Positions 47,886 through 61,238 of a stretch of DNA of 64,000 nucleotides are shown in pieces. The notes beneath the pieces are model-generated. The model was not told where the DNA came from, made no database searches, and saw only the letters and a list, made by a program, of their open reading frames with translations. The DNA comes from Macrostomum lignano (taxonomy: Eukaryota): contig NIVC01000566.1 of NCBI GenBank assembly GCA_002269645.1, forward strand, positions 436,189 to 500,188. Reading direction: 5' to 3'. The position numbers were made by a program, and so were the translations under genes. The stretch's first letter is position 1. Every line of letters starts with the position of its first letter.

Positions 47886-48714
47886 CTCTGCGGCTGCTGG
47901 TTTGATGTCCGTGGAGATCTGGCGGGCAGCTGTCTCAGAGCAGGGAGCGGCAAGAGGGGAGGAGGACTTCTTCTAGATTCAACCGGAGAGTTTATGCCGA
48001 GGGCGCGGCGAGATGGAGAAAAGGGGAAGAGGCTGGGGGTTGCCGAGGATGGGATGGGAGAGGCGGCCGTATTGATTCTGAGCAGGGCAGGGCGGGTCGG
48101 AGCTGCGAGAAGGCGGAGGAAGGCGGGAAGGAAAAGACGGGAAGAGAAAACTTTTGCGGCGGGGCAGAAGCTCCCTCGGTGGCTCCCAAGAGAGGCAGAG
48201 CGCTGGAACAGCTACTCAATTCTGCATCTCCTCACAGCCTCCCTGTCCGCAGCCCGGGTAGTGCGGATTTCATTGGCTCCAGCGCGCCTCCCCCTTCCTA
48301 CTCCGGCGGCTTCCTCATCATCCGCGCACAGAGCTGAGCAGAGCGCTCAAATTTCTTCCCTATCCCGCCGCCGGCAGCGCACAGCCGACTCCGACGTACT
48401 TCTATCGGCCGCGCGCAGCGATCGACTTGGGCTGCAGGCAAGCCGGAGTGCGGAGGAGGCGGAGAAACTGAAAACTCACTGAAAACTGGGGAGTCAGGCG
48501 GCTTATCCGCCTCGCATCCCTCGTGCACTGCGACTCGGCAGCTGCAGGCTCTGAGGATTTGCTGCTCAGGATGTCGGGATTGTTGGCAAGAAAATTGAGG
48601 AAGCTGCGAGCGGATCTATTGGCAGATCAATAGCATATCTGTACCAAATTTGTAGCTCATTTTGCGTAATTTATAAATAGAATTAATTTGAGTTATTGTC
48701 GGTCTATGCAAACT

Positions 48715-49005
48715 TATACTCAGCAACATTGAGAAGTCGCCACCCTTTGCCCCAGTGAGCAGTGCCTTTCGACCAGCGTCTATCACCTGGCCAACAATTT
48801 TGATATTTAAAAATGCTTGAAAAAACAATGAAAACCGGGCGAAAGCTTCAATCTATCCAATATTCGCCCTTCGCTCTTCCCAATCCTCCTCACCCAGCCC
48901 AGCTTTGCATCGCATGGCGCAAGTTGCATCACTCAAAAGTCAATACTGAGCTGGACTTTACTGCGCACTCTCAAAGTTGGCGAATATTTAATGTTGTTGA
49001 GTATA
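48715..49005. mobile_element. MITE related to 22945-23390
   Basis: tatactcagcaacattgagaagtcgcca ... tggcgaatatttaatgttgttgagtata. Confidence 0.65.
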
Positions 49006-49317
49006 TGTGCAGATAAAAAAGTTACTAAAAGACCAAGGGCCCATTCTATAAAGCCATCGTAAGATAAGATCGTAAAAGTACGTACGATCGAACTTACGCT
49101 ACGACAGCTTTACAGTGCGACCCCCAAGTCAAGTGCATCAAAGTCATTTTAAGTACCAGACTCATTCGTTTCTGTGCATTCCCTTATGCTCAAGCCGCTC
49201 TGTCAAGTGCCAGTTAAGTCTTCGCAGATTAGACTGAATTTTATGCACTTGAGCTGGCTATGTTGAATTTGGGTTGGATATAGGGGCTAAAATTGTACTT
49301 GACAAAACACGACATTG

Positions 49318-49520
49318 TCACACAACCGGCGAGAGGCGTTACTGCCCATTCCGCCGACTCCCCTGAGCAGGCACACAAGCGCGCGGATACGTCCGCCCCA
49401 GTCATATGCACAGGCACACACTCACACAGGAGTGTACAGCGGCCCTGACTTAAGTTATCGTTAGGCATGTGCACTTCACTACTTATGCCTTGCGGGTTGG
49501 CACTCAAGGCCTTAAATATG
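49318..49520 (-). mobile_element. Internal fragment of SINE family A
   Basis: Near-identity to 44636-44830 (cacaaccggcgagaggc..ttactgcccattccgccgactcccctgagcaggca). Confidence 0.8.
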
Positions 49521-50258
49521 CACGAGCTTGACTGGCCCAGGCTGCCTACGCTCGTAAAAGCGCCGCAAAAGATAGGTGATTTCTGTATATAGAGGTGATT
49601 TTACAGTCCCATCGAGTTGCATCTAAGTACCTTTTATTATACATGTACCTTAGGTAGTTGCATTGCATGCAAAAATGAAACAATAATTTGGGAATGTCAA
49701 ACTACGAGACAGGACAACCATGCCCTCACCATTTTGCTCCGAAAATATTAGAAGTTTTTAGTTCGACTTAGCAGTCCTTGATGAAACTCATAATTATCTG
49801 TAGATCAAAGGACCCACTACAGGATTTGATGCCTAATTGCAGAGACAGGAATTAAGTCTGCAAGAAAGATTTATCAGACATTTTTCCTATAATTATCTAG
49901 AGACTCGTACCTGCTCCCGCTGATGAGCAGATATAGTTTCAGTGTCGCTCTGATCTCGAAATCAAAGCATAATTAGAAGTCTTTTGAGGAGACGTGAACT
50001 CTGGGATGACTGAAGCATTACAAATATTTTAGCTGTGCGCACTGGTTCCGTCATTTCACACAGCGCAGTTATGTGTATCTTCACTACGTCACTTTGATAA
50101 ATTACCAATTTGAAATGCCACGATTTTGTGGCCGCTTGACACCCCAAATTATTTTAAAATGAAATACGCTTTGGATAGTAAACGCACCAAAATGAAAAGT
50201 GTATTTCATTGATTATCAAACCAAGTCGCTCAGACATCTGCAGGCTATGAGCACAGTG

Positions 50259-50804
50259 TCACAGCTGCAGCCGAACAGGTTCGTGCCCTGTGTCCGATAA
50301 AAACCGGACAAAGTCGGACGCAGACAGGGACAAAGTGGCGGAATTGCAGCCCACCGGGTGGCAGTTCAGCTGCTCAGTTTCTGCCGGCTCCAGCAGCGCG
50401 GAGTCACACAGGAAGGTCACCAACTTAGCCGCATCGTTAGCCAAAGCCAGCGGAGTCACGCAGCCCTGCCTGACACCCAGCGTGTCTAACAGGGTCGGCT
50501 CCTCAGCCAGGCGGAAATTGCCAGCCGCGAGGCCAGCAGGCAGCCGCTTGTGCAGGTCCGACAGGCGGATTTGAGCGTCGTGACGAGCCGACAGCAGAAA
50601 CAGCCGGCGCTTCTTGTCCTTGAGGAACAGATTCTTCAGGGTGCAGCCCGGCAGCTTGGCCACTGCCGGCTGCTGCAGCATCGCGTCCACGGTGAACACC
50701 TCATCGTGAGCCACTATGGAGTGGGAGACGCCCAGCTGAGTCAGGTAGGCCGAGGTCTCCGAGCTGTGGCGGGCGATTGTGGCAGAGTCTGGTTGAAGCT
50801 GCAT
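50259..50804 (-). CDS. PRORSD1: Prolyl-tRNA synthetase-associated domain protein (YbaK/ProX editing domain); possible upstream exon 51258-51331
   Basis: HDEVFTVDAM, KNLFLKDKK, LGVRQGCVTPLALAND, LNCHP..NSATL, FVRFLSDTGHEP. Confidence 0.88.
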   Translation of the reverse strand: MQLQPDSATIARHSSETSAYLTQLGVSHSIVAHDEVFTVDAMLQQPAVAKLPGCTLKNLFLKDKKRRLFLLSARHDAQIRLSDLHKRLPAGLAAGNFRLAEEPTLLDTLGVRQGCVTPLALANDAAKLVTFLCDSALLEPAETEQLNCHPVGCNSATLSLSASDFVRFLSDTGHEPVRLQL

Positions 50805-50812
50805 ACTTCTCG

Positions 50813-51110
50813 GAGTTAAGGGGTTCTACAGGTGAGTTAAGGGGTTCTACAGGTGAGTTAAGGGGTTCTACAGGTGAGTTAAGGGGTTCTACAGGTGAGT
50901 TAAGGGGTTCTACAGGTGAGTTAAGGGGTTCTACAGGTGAGTTAAGGGGTTCTTCAGGTGAGTTAAGGGGTTCTACAGATAGGGTGAGTTAAGGGGTTCT
51001 ACAGGTGAGTTAAGGGGTTCTACAGATGAGTTAAGGGGTTCTACAGATGAGTTAAGGGGTTCTACAGATAGGGTGAGTTAAGGGGTTCTACAGATAAGGT
51101 GAGTTAAGGG
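50813..51110. repeat. 21-bp minisatellite, about x13 (gagttaaggggttctacaggt)
   Basis: Direct read; abuts the PRORSD1 coding exon. Confidence 0.95.
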
Positions 51111-51961
51111 GTGATTCTTGAGACGAGTTAGGGGCGATTTTTGAGGCGAGTTAGGAGCAACTCTTGAGGATAAAGGGGCGATTCATGAGGAGGATTAGGA
51201 ACAGATATTTATAAGCGATACTTCTAAGGACTGCGATGTCATAGCACAACTCAGTACCTGTTATTCAACTTGAATTTCTTGGCCTCTGTTGCCGGGACAG
51301 GAGCCGCTTGCACTTCACTTTCAGTAGCCATGAGGTAAGAAGTATTGCATGCATGTAGCAAGGCTCTGCTTTCGCGCATATTCTATACAATTGAAGAGGC
51401 AGGATTTCAGAAGCCAAACACGAGAAAGCTTTTATTCAGCCGTCAGTTTCCGCAGGCACTATATTTTATATTTGCATGAGAGTCCTAAACAGCTCTGACG
51501 CACCCTTCCTGCTCAGACCGGAAAGTCTTTCCTGATCATCTTAAGCGCGTATAATTTCTCTCTCCTAAAAATTAGCGAGATTTTTTTAGCTTTCAGCACT
51601 AAATTTACAGTTACACCACCGTCTTTGCTGCCTCAAGTAGTGCAGTAAGCAACTGAAAACTAAGTTTAAAAGACATAGAAAAAATGTATGTATTTTTGAA
51701 AAAAACAATCGGTGTATATTTATTTTATACTGGAAACTAGGAAGAAGCACAAATTGCACAAATTGCACAAATTAAAATGCGATATAATTATAAATCTTTA
51801 ATAGGATTAACATTATGCACCCAGCGGTAAGCCGGTTTTAAAATAGATTCAACGGAGAAAATGCAGTGCAGAGCCCTACGAAAATAGCGCCGATATGTTG
51901 TGAAAAATGGTTCGGGTAAATAAATACGGGATTGAATCAAATACTCTATTTGATGCAATCT

Positions 51962-53580
51962 AGTCTTCGGATTAGGGAGTAGAATGGATTGCTAATCTAG
52001 TCTTCGGATTAGGGAATAGAATGGATTGCTAATCTAGTCTTCGGATTAGGGAATAGAATGGATTGCTAATCTAGTCTTCGGATTAGGGAATAGAATGGAT
52101 TGCTAATCTAGTCTTCGGATTAGGGAATAGAATGGATTGCTAATCTAGTCTTCGGATTAGGGAATAGAATGGATTGCTAATCTAGTCTTCGGATTAGGGA
52201 ATAGAATGGATTGCTAATCTAGTCTTCGGATTAGGGAATAGAATGGATTGCTAATCTAGTCTTCGGATTAGGGAATAGAATGGATTGCTAATCTAGTCTT
52301 CGGATTAGGGAATAGAATGGATTGCTAATCTAGTCTTCGGATTAGGGAATAGAATGGATTGCTAATCTAGCCTACAGATTAGGGAATAGAATGGATTGCT
52401 AATCTAGCCTACAGATTAGGGAATAGAATGGATTGCTAATCTAGGCTACAGATTAGGGAATAGAATGGATTGCTAATCTAGCCTACAGATTAGGGAATAG
52501 AATGGATTGCTAATCTAGCCTACAGATTAGGGAATAGAATGGATTGCTAATCTAGGCTACAGATTAGGGAATAGAATGGATTGCTAATCTAGCCTACAGA
52601 TTAGGGAATAGAATGGATTGCTAATCTAGGCTACAGATTAGGGAATAGAATGGATTGCTAATCTAGGCTACAGATTAGGGAATAGAATGGATTGCTAATC
52701 TAGCCTACAGATTAGGGAATAGAATGGATTGCTAATCTAGTCTTCGGATTAGGGAATAGAATGGATTGCTAATCTAGTCTTCGGATTAGGGAATAGAATG
52801 GATTGCTAATCTAGTCTTCGGATTAGGGAATAGAATGGATTGCTAATCTAGTCTTCGGATTAGGGAATAGAATGGATTGCTAATCTAGTCTTCGGATTAG
52901 GGAATAGAATGGATTGCTAATCTAGCCTACAGATTAGGGAATAGAATGGATTGCTAATCTAGGCTACAGATTAGGGAATAGAATGGATTGCTAATCTAGC
53001 CTACAGATTAGGGAATAGAATGGATTGCTAATCTAGGCTACAGATTAGGGAATAGAATGGATTGCTAATCTAGCCTACAGATTAGGGAATAGAATGGATT
53101 GCTAATCTAGCCTACAGATTAGGGAATAGAATGGATTGCTAATCTAGGCTACAGATTAGGGAATAGAATGGATTGCTAATCTAGCCTACAGATTAGGGAA
53201 TAGAATGGATTGCTAATCTAGCCTACAGATTAGGGAATAGAATGGATTGCTAATCTAGGCTACAGATTAGGGAATAGAATGGATTGCTAATCTAGCCTAC
53301 AGATTAGGGAATAGAATGGATAATCTAGGCTACAGATTAGGGAATAGAATGGATTGCTAATCTAGCCTACAGATTAGGGAATAGAATGGATTGCTAATCT
53401 AGGCTACAGATTAGGGAATAGAATGGATTGCTAATCTAGGCTACAGATTAGGGAATAGAATGAATTGCTAATCTACTCAACCGATTAGGGAGTAGAATGG
53501 ATTGCTAAACTAGCCTACAGATTAGGGAATAGAATGGATTGCTAATCTAGCCTACAGATTAGGGAATAGAATGGATTGCT
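51962..53580. repeat. 37-bp tandem array, about x44, each unit with a 7-bp hairpin
   Basis: Unit ctaatct-[agtcttc g | agcctac a | aggctac a]-gattagggaatagaatggattg; period 37. Confidence 0.97.
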
Positions 53581-53585
53581 AATTA

Positions 53586-56226
53586 TCAAAGCTCAAAGCC
53601 CCGGTCAGCAGCCAGCAGTGCAGCGGCCTGAGCCATGGAGTCCAACGCCAGCAGCCGCCGAGCCACGTCCAGCAGCGCCTGCGCCAGCGCCATGCGGGGC
53701 AGTTGGGCGCCGTCCGTCGCGCTTAACTGGCGCAGCAGAGTCGCCAGCGCCGTCAGCGCCTCCCGGTCGCGCGCCAGCTGCTCAGCCGAGATCGCTGTTG
53801 CCGCTGACTTTGTCGAATCGTCGGCAGTTGCAGAAGCGGCCCAGATGGACACAAGGGTGGCAACGGCGGCGGCCAGGCAGTCGGTGCTGGCAACAGCAGA
53901 AGCAACAGACTGCTGCTTCTGTCTGCGAGCAATCCGAACCGAGCACTGACCCCAGGCGAAGCTGTTGCTAAGGAGAGAGGATCGCTGCTGCGGCAGTTCG
54001 AATCCCACCGAGGAGCTGAGGTGGCCGCCGCAGCCGAGCAGGGAGTCGCCGCCAGCGGACAGCGGGAACTGCGGACAGGCCAGCAGAGACAGGGGTGTCC
54101 ACGGCCGCCTGTCCACCGGCGTTGTGGAGACGGCAAAGTCCGTGAGCTGGGATGAAATTTTTTAATTGAAGGTAAATTAGACTTGGCACACGTAGTACCA
54201 GATAGATGACGACGCATTCAGGCTTAATTATACAGTCATAGTTACTCCTGCCGTTTACCCAAAATTACGTTAATTCGTCCAAGTTGTGCTGGGTGCTTAA
54301 CCTAAACTTTTCTACTAACTCAAGTAAACTAAATAGACGCAGCTCAGCGATTCCACAGCGACTCTGGCACGTGTCGGATACGACTCTGCGGCCCCAGAGT
54401 CACTTGCGTCGCAGACATCGCAGACTTTTACCGCGACATCTTGTCGTTTTAGAGTCGTCTGGAGCCGTCTTTCCTATTTTGAGGCGACCCAAGTGACCCC
54501 GAGACACTTCTTGGCCTTGACCGGGCAAACCCACGCCGCCGCCGCTCACCCAGAATGATCTCGTAGCCAGGACGGCAGCTCCCAAAGTCGAAGGCGCGGC
54601 CCCGGGCCAGGCGGCCAAGCCGAGAGACAGCCGGGCGATCAGAACCGGCTGAAGGAACTGCTCGCCACCCGAGCAGGTGGGGGAGTTGGAAGCCGCCGGA
54701 AGCGGCAGGTGAACCTCACCATCAGTCAGCGGGAACTCGATGCGCTGTCGCAGCCGGCCAGCCGCCGGCCACCGCAGCTCAAGGACGCAGCGCCAGCCGC
54801 TGGCCGGGCCGGGCAGCCAGCGGCAGCCCGCCTGCGCATTCGCAGCGGCAGAGTTGACAGCCACGCTTAAATAGCAAAGCCGGCCGGAATGCCGAATCTC
54901 CATAGCAACGGAGATGCCGCAGCTTTTGGCCGGCTTAATGGAGGCGCGCAGCCGCAGCAGGTGGGCCAGCTGGGCCAGCCGGCGGGTCACGGTCCGGTCA
55001 GCGGCGGCCAGAGCGGCCAGGCGGTCCAGGCCGCCGTTAAGCCGCTCAGTCAGCCGAAGCAGGCAGGCCTCGCCGTCGCCATCATCGACATCCTGAATTC
55101 TTACATCCTGTTGGGCGTCGGCTCGGCACAGCCAGTCCAGCAGGCGGCCCAGCGGGTAGCAGCACTGGCTGAAGTCGGCGAACTGCACCAGCAGCTCGGC
55201 CGGGCTGTCCGTGGCCGCGACGATGCTCCGACAGTCGGCGAGCCCGGGATCCACGCCAGCGCTGACGCCGCCGCTGCCGTCGTCGAGAGCAGCGGCGGAA
55301 ACGAGCCGCAGTCGGCCGTCGGTCAGCAGGCAGGTCAGCACAGCGCAGCGACCTTGGCGCACCAGCGCGCAGTCGGCGACTTGAACCCCGGCGCCGACGC
55401 CGGCACCGAGAAGGCTGCCGCGGTTCACCAGACGCAGATTGACGCCCGAGTGGGCGAAGGTCATCAGCAGCAGGCGAGCGTCGGCAAAGATCAAAGCGAC
55501 CCGATCTGAGCGGCCAAGTCGCCAGCCGAGGACTCGAAGCAGAAAGGAGCCGCCGAGTCTGAAAGCAGACTCTGCAGCAGCGGCAGGTTCAAAGTCGGCC
55601 GCTGTGCCACTAGCGGCAAAGTCAGTCGGGGAGGCGACTTTCAGGCAGGCGGATTTCCCGGGCGAGAGGCAGAACAGCTCGCCACCATCGACTGAGCAAA
55701 GAACGGCAAAGGCTGCTGATTCAGCATCCCCGTGAGCACCATTTCTTGCACATTTACCAGCCAGAAAGCGGGCCAGGTTCTCGGGCAAGAGCTCCAGCAC
55801 GGTTGGAGAGCCGCGCTGATCATCGACATCTGCAGCCTCCAGCGCCGAGACCGAGGATGCCAGGATGCAGACGGATACCGGCCGCCGGTTCTCCTGGTTG
55901 CCATGGAAACAGCGACGCTGCAAACTGGCGGCGGCATCCTTGGCGCCCAGCTCAACCAGCTGCACAATCAGACCGAACAGATTTGGTGAGGCGGCGCTGG
56001 AGTCATTCTCAGCCAGCACCTGCAGCAGGAACTGGCGCCTCCGCTGAACACCTTCAGCCTCTGCTGCACAGCTGATGCGAATCTCCTGCAGCGGCTGCTG
56101 TGAAGGACAGGCGGGCTGCGGATGGCGGTCGGGGCTGTGATGAGACCTGGCGATATCGCAACTGCTGTCGCCTTCCAGGTAAGTGTTGGGCAGCTCTGCA
56201 AACAGGTCGTCATCGTCCGAGTCCAT
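53586..56226 (-). CDS. FAAP100: Probable Fanconi anemia core complex-associated protein 100-like; exons 54550-56226 and 53586-54146 (745 aa)
   Basis: Long GC-rich ORF with an in-frame GT-AG junction (W|LTDF). LARFLAG..AFAVLCSVDGGELF, a coiled segment LTERLNGGLDRLAAL.. and GWRCVLEL recall FAAP100 blocks. Assignment is from memory, not a search. Confidence 0.5.
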
Positions 56227-56718
56227 CGCTGGAGCAATAATATTAATTTTACTATATTATTTTTGTAACCAAAAGTGAAAGATTTCATGCTACCGAGGGT
56301 CGAACCCTATATCAAAATACCCTGAAATTTCCCTAAACATTGAGTCTAAAATACTCGAACAGAAAATTTCGTAAATAACCAGAGACCTTTACAAATCCTG
56401 CTATCATTGGGAAGCTTGTATTAAGGAGCGGGGATCGTGCTGTGAAACTAACTTGCGGTTAAAAATATTTATTATGTATTTGCGCTGAATGTAATATTAC
56501 AAATTCCTTAAGGCCTTTTTCACACTGCTCTATGTTCATAGGTTTCATGCGCATTGTGAGAAACATCGTGTACAATTGTGACTTTTGTGCAACGTTGCGT
56601 TGCTTAAATCCCATCTAGTGTGCAGGGTGACCACAGTGCAGAGTATTGAAGGAGGTCTTTAGGCTTTAGACAATGACTTAGATTGTCATAAAAAACTAAA
56701 GGCGTACTGCTTTTATTT

Positions 56719-57298
56719 TGCAATTGTATGTATATTCACTCATTTCAGCTGACAATCAAACCAATTGTATGAATACTCACTCATTTCAGTTGCCAATCAA
56801 ACCAATTGTATGTATATTCACTCATTTCAGTTGCCAATCAAACCAATTGTATGTATATTCACTCATTTCAGTTGCCAATCAAACCAATTGTATGTATATT
56901 CACTCATTTCAGTTGCCAATCAAACCAATTGTATGTATATTCACTCATTTCAGTTGCCAATCAAACCAATTGATGTATATTCACTCATTTCAGTTGCCAA
57001 TCAAACCAATTTTATGTATATTCACCCATTTCAGTTGCCAATCAAACCAATTTTATGTATATTCACTCATTTCAGCTGACAATCAAACCAATTTTATGTA
57101 TATTCACCCATTTCAGTTGCCAATCAAACCAATTGTATGTATATTCACCCATTTCAGTTGCCAATCAAACCAATTTTATGTATATTCACTCATTTCAGTT
57201 GCCAATCAAACCAATTGTATGTATATTCACCCATTTCAGTTGCCAATCAAACCAATTTTATGTATATTCACTCATTTCAGTTGCCAATCAAACCAATC
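56719..57298. repeat. 41-bp tandem repeat, about x14 (tatattcactcatttcagttgccaatcaaaccaattgtatg)
   Basis: Period 41 (56821, 56862). Confidence 0.96.
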
Positions 57299-60200
57299 AT
57301 CCGACCTCAGTTTTTGTAATTTTTCTTTTTAAGCTTGTAAAATTCGAGAAGCCTGAATCCAAGAAGCCTGAGAGCTACCTATAAAAAATTGCTCAACACC
57401 AACGCTGCATCAAGCAGCAACTGAAAGGCTCCTTTGACCAAATTGAGCGTGCAGCAAGCTGTCTTCAAAAGATAAGAGTCAGCAAAAAGTCAGCAAAGAA
57501 GTCAAACTTTGCAGACATTGTCATTGAAAAGCAGACTAAAGTTGCTAAGCTTCGACGGACTTTAGTGGAGAAAGAGCTCATCATCACAAGCGAGTGGGAA
57601 CAGTTAGAGAGCCTGCTAGGAGAGGTGGCGTGTGCACCACCCGATGATAGTGGACAACACACCTCAAAACTCGTGGAAGAGGTATTCTGTGCAGGATATC
57701 AGCAATTCGACTTAAACAAAATGAAATGCCAAGGCAGAAGAAAATTTATAGCAACATCAGGTTGACTTTCTAACAATTGTAACAAAAATTGCTGGTACTG
57801 CAGAGCAGAGAGCAGAAATGGACTTTCTGCTACCTATCTCCCATTGCAGATCTAATAAAATAACTCCAAAAAAAGATTGGGCGCATTATGAATTACTACT
57901 GCCCTCGAAGTAAAAGGATATGACATAAGGAGAATATTTCTGCAATGCTTTCAAATTCTGTGGGACCTGAAGCTGTCCCATAAGTTTTTTTGTGTAAATT
58001 ATTATTTATCAATTGTACATATACTGTCTTTGAATGTCAATAATTATATGTGTGCATATTTTTGCAATAATCATGCTTGTACAAATTTAAATATACTTAT
58101 GGATCAAAATTCTGTATGCTTTGAAATACTTTTTGGTTTTTTATCTTAAGTTGTACATTAGGTTTTAAGGTTTTAATTTTTTTATTTAGACCTTAGCAAC
58201 CTGGTCTAAAAGATCCTGATTTTAGACCTCAATGCAGAAGAGGAAGTCTGTTATACTGAAAATCACAAAAGGAAGGAGGAATTGGATGCATTGTGGTGGG
58301 AGATTGAACCACATCTCTATTCTACACTAGGCAAGTTTTACCAAAGCAGAATGAATTGCTGTCTTTGTGGCTCTACCAATGCAATATTTTGCTGTGTATT
58401 ATGCTATCTGATGGAAGTCTGTGAATCTTGTTTATAGCATCATCACAGGCATAGGCCTCTACATAGAGTAGAAAGTTAGAATTTTAGTACATATTTAAAG
58501 TGGTTTTTATTATTCTCATATTTAATTATCAATAATCACTGCTCTAAGGAAGTGTTTTTCTTTATGAATAAGAGTTGTTCTATATAAAAACTCTTCATAA
58601 GCAATGCATGCATGCAAGTTAGCCAATGGATACATTTGTTTCTATTTTTAACTCTCCTGCTATGTTAATTATTTTTTTCATCAAGATACACCAAAATTTT
58701 TGTGAAGGTAAAATATTTGCAATTCATTTTAGAAAAACAAGATGCTAGCAATTGTAGAGGTATACCTATGCACAACTGTCTAAGGTTCATTAGTTTGGAT
58801 TTTAGCCAGTGCAGGTATAATTGGAAAAACTATTGCAAACCAGGGCCATTGCAATTGAACTGATACTACATCTAGAATCAATAGTTGAACATGATGCAGC
58901 TTATTATATGTTTGCAGCCTGCAAGGAATTTGCCAAGTTTTGCTCTCTATTATGGAGTGATCCTAGGATAAATAGCTTTTCTTTCTTTCTAGTAAAAATT
59001 CAATATTGTTTTTCATCTGACCCTATTTAATTGTTAACCCTATATTTTTGTTACTAAAGTATATACACTTGTTAATCAGATTCACATCTTCAGGATCAAA
59101 TTCTTTTGCAATTTTAGATAAATGTTTACAGGATAATTGGCACCTTTGGAAGCATTGCAGCTTTTTTAACTATTAGAGAATGTTCAATGGTCAAGTAAAG
59201 CAGACTGTCCCACTTGATTTATGGTTCCAAAAGTGCTATGCAAAGATTTTATCTTGGCCTAGGCCTATTACAATATTTGGTATTAGTGGTTTACACCTTT
59301 CAGGAAATTTTCCAATGTACACTAGAGTTCTTTTGGCAAAACTTTAGGTATATATACCAAGTATGCCAAAAAAATGAAAATGTGACTTTGTTAAATACAA
59401 TAAAACTTCTAAATTATGCAACCTCACTTAAGTACTGCAACAATAAAGGACATTTTTTCCATTGTTATGGTTAATGTTTATATGCACATAATCAATATCT
59501 AAATTCTTTAAAAATAGCACTATCACATTCAATTAATATTTTTATTCTTTTCATTTGCATTTATGTTGCCTCTTAACTGTTTACCTTTCTCTTTGAAATG
59601 TTCTATCTTTCATTACAGAAACTGGAAGATAGGCTACTTGCATCTATTTTTAAGTTGCTTTTTATATCACTTTTTTGTACACCAAATACAACTTTTTAAG
59701 ATTCAAGCATGCCAAATTTGCATGCCAATGAACTGAGTATAAAGGGCTAATGCATGCCAGAAAATTCTGGCATACAAGACATTTTACTGACTATGGCCTG
59801 GGTGGTTTAGAGTTTAAAACCCTAAAGCAAATTGATGGCATCTAATGAAAAAAGCAAAATATAAGAGCCCTATTAAAACATTGACATTGGTGACCATTTT
59901 GGATAAAAGTACAACACTTAAAAATAGTTTTATCAAAATATAAAAATAAATTTAACTTAGATTAGAATAATAAATAATAATCTTCTGATTCTATGCTATA
60001 ATAAACAAAGCCATAGCAAAAATAGGCTTAAGCCTAGTGTATTGTCTTGGCTAAAAGCATAAAGATATATAGGCCTATGCCTATGTCCTAACTAAATATA
60101 ATTATAAATTATATTACTTGATAATTAGGTCAAAGCATCATGTAATACATAGTTAAAAGTTATTGCCTGAACTAAAGTGTAATGGGTATTATGATATAGT

Positions 60201-61238
60201 CTACAAGCTAAAATGTTAATAATTCAAAAACTTTATAAGAAGTAATGCACAGAGAATTGATGTTTATCATGAATTCAAGCTTCACACAAATCAATCTATT
60301 ACTTTGATTTAGACAGTGTAAATTTTGTAGATTTAATAACTCAGTCATAATCATTGACTAGCTGTGCTATGAGTCAAGATGATCATCACAAAAGGAAGCA
60401 AGAAGTATGACACATAGTGCTCAAGCCGTCAGCTACCCTAAACCCTACTATCTAAATGCAGACAAATTTGGTCCAACTAGAAGAGGTAATATGCACTCTA
60501 TCACTCTGCTCTAATGCATCTAGTGCATCATCTAATGTGCTTTAGTAGCTACAATAGTGGCAATTTAAATTCTTGTTTGGACTATTTTTTTATTTAATTG
60601 GCAATTTTATCAAATAGTCATTCATAGAAATTGAGAGTGTTTTAAGGTTTTTCCTTATATTAGCATCAGCTATTTATTAGGCCCTAGAGTGAATAGAATA
60701 GAATTGTATAGGTCTAATGGTTTGGTATCAAGTGTCTATATCTAGATTAGGCCTAACCATTGTAAGATTATGGTTAGGCCAGATAGCTCAAACTTCTAGG
60801 CCCTAATATTAAAGAAAAGAGCATTGGATAGGCCTATAGCCTAGGGTTAAGATTAGAACATAATTTGGCATTACATTTATCATTGCTTTTAGAATATTCT
60901 CATTCCTAGCAACACTTAATCCTAGACTTATTAGGTGTATCCATTGTTATTTTTTGGAATTTAAAAAGTAAGAACATATAGAAAGTAATTGCAATCAGGT
61001 AAAAATAATGGTCTAGAAAGTCTAGAAAGTAATTCTATAAGAAAATTGAAGAATTTGTGAAGATAAAAAGAGGATTTTTGATGGATATTATAAAAAATTG
61101 TTATAAAGAGATATATGTTGAGCTATCAACTTGTTTAGTTAGAGATATTTTCTATAATTGTTTATATTATATGAAAGATTTTTTATTTTGACTTTAAAGT
61201 AATTAAAGGAAAGTTGAAATTTTATAACTAATTAGATA

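Noticed and set aside
49036-49123. Mini Harbinger-like palindromic MITE (also about 56512-56628)
   Set aside because: Termini too degenerate and no TSD confirmed.
51962-53580. CRISPR-like array (37-bp palindromic units)
   Set aside because: No unique spacers, no cas genes, eukaryotic context; it is a head-to-tail tandem repeat.
41408-56226. Operon or trans-spliced cluster FAAP100-PRORSD1-MFSD6 (all minus strand)
   Set aside because: Intergenic gaps exceed 2 kb and no spliced-leader evidence is obtainable from DNA alone.
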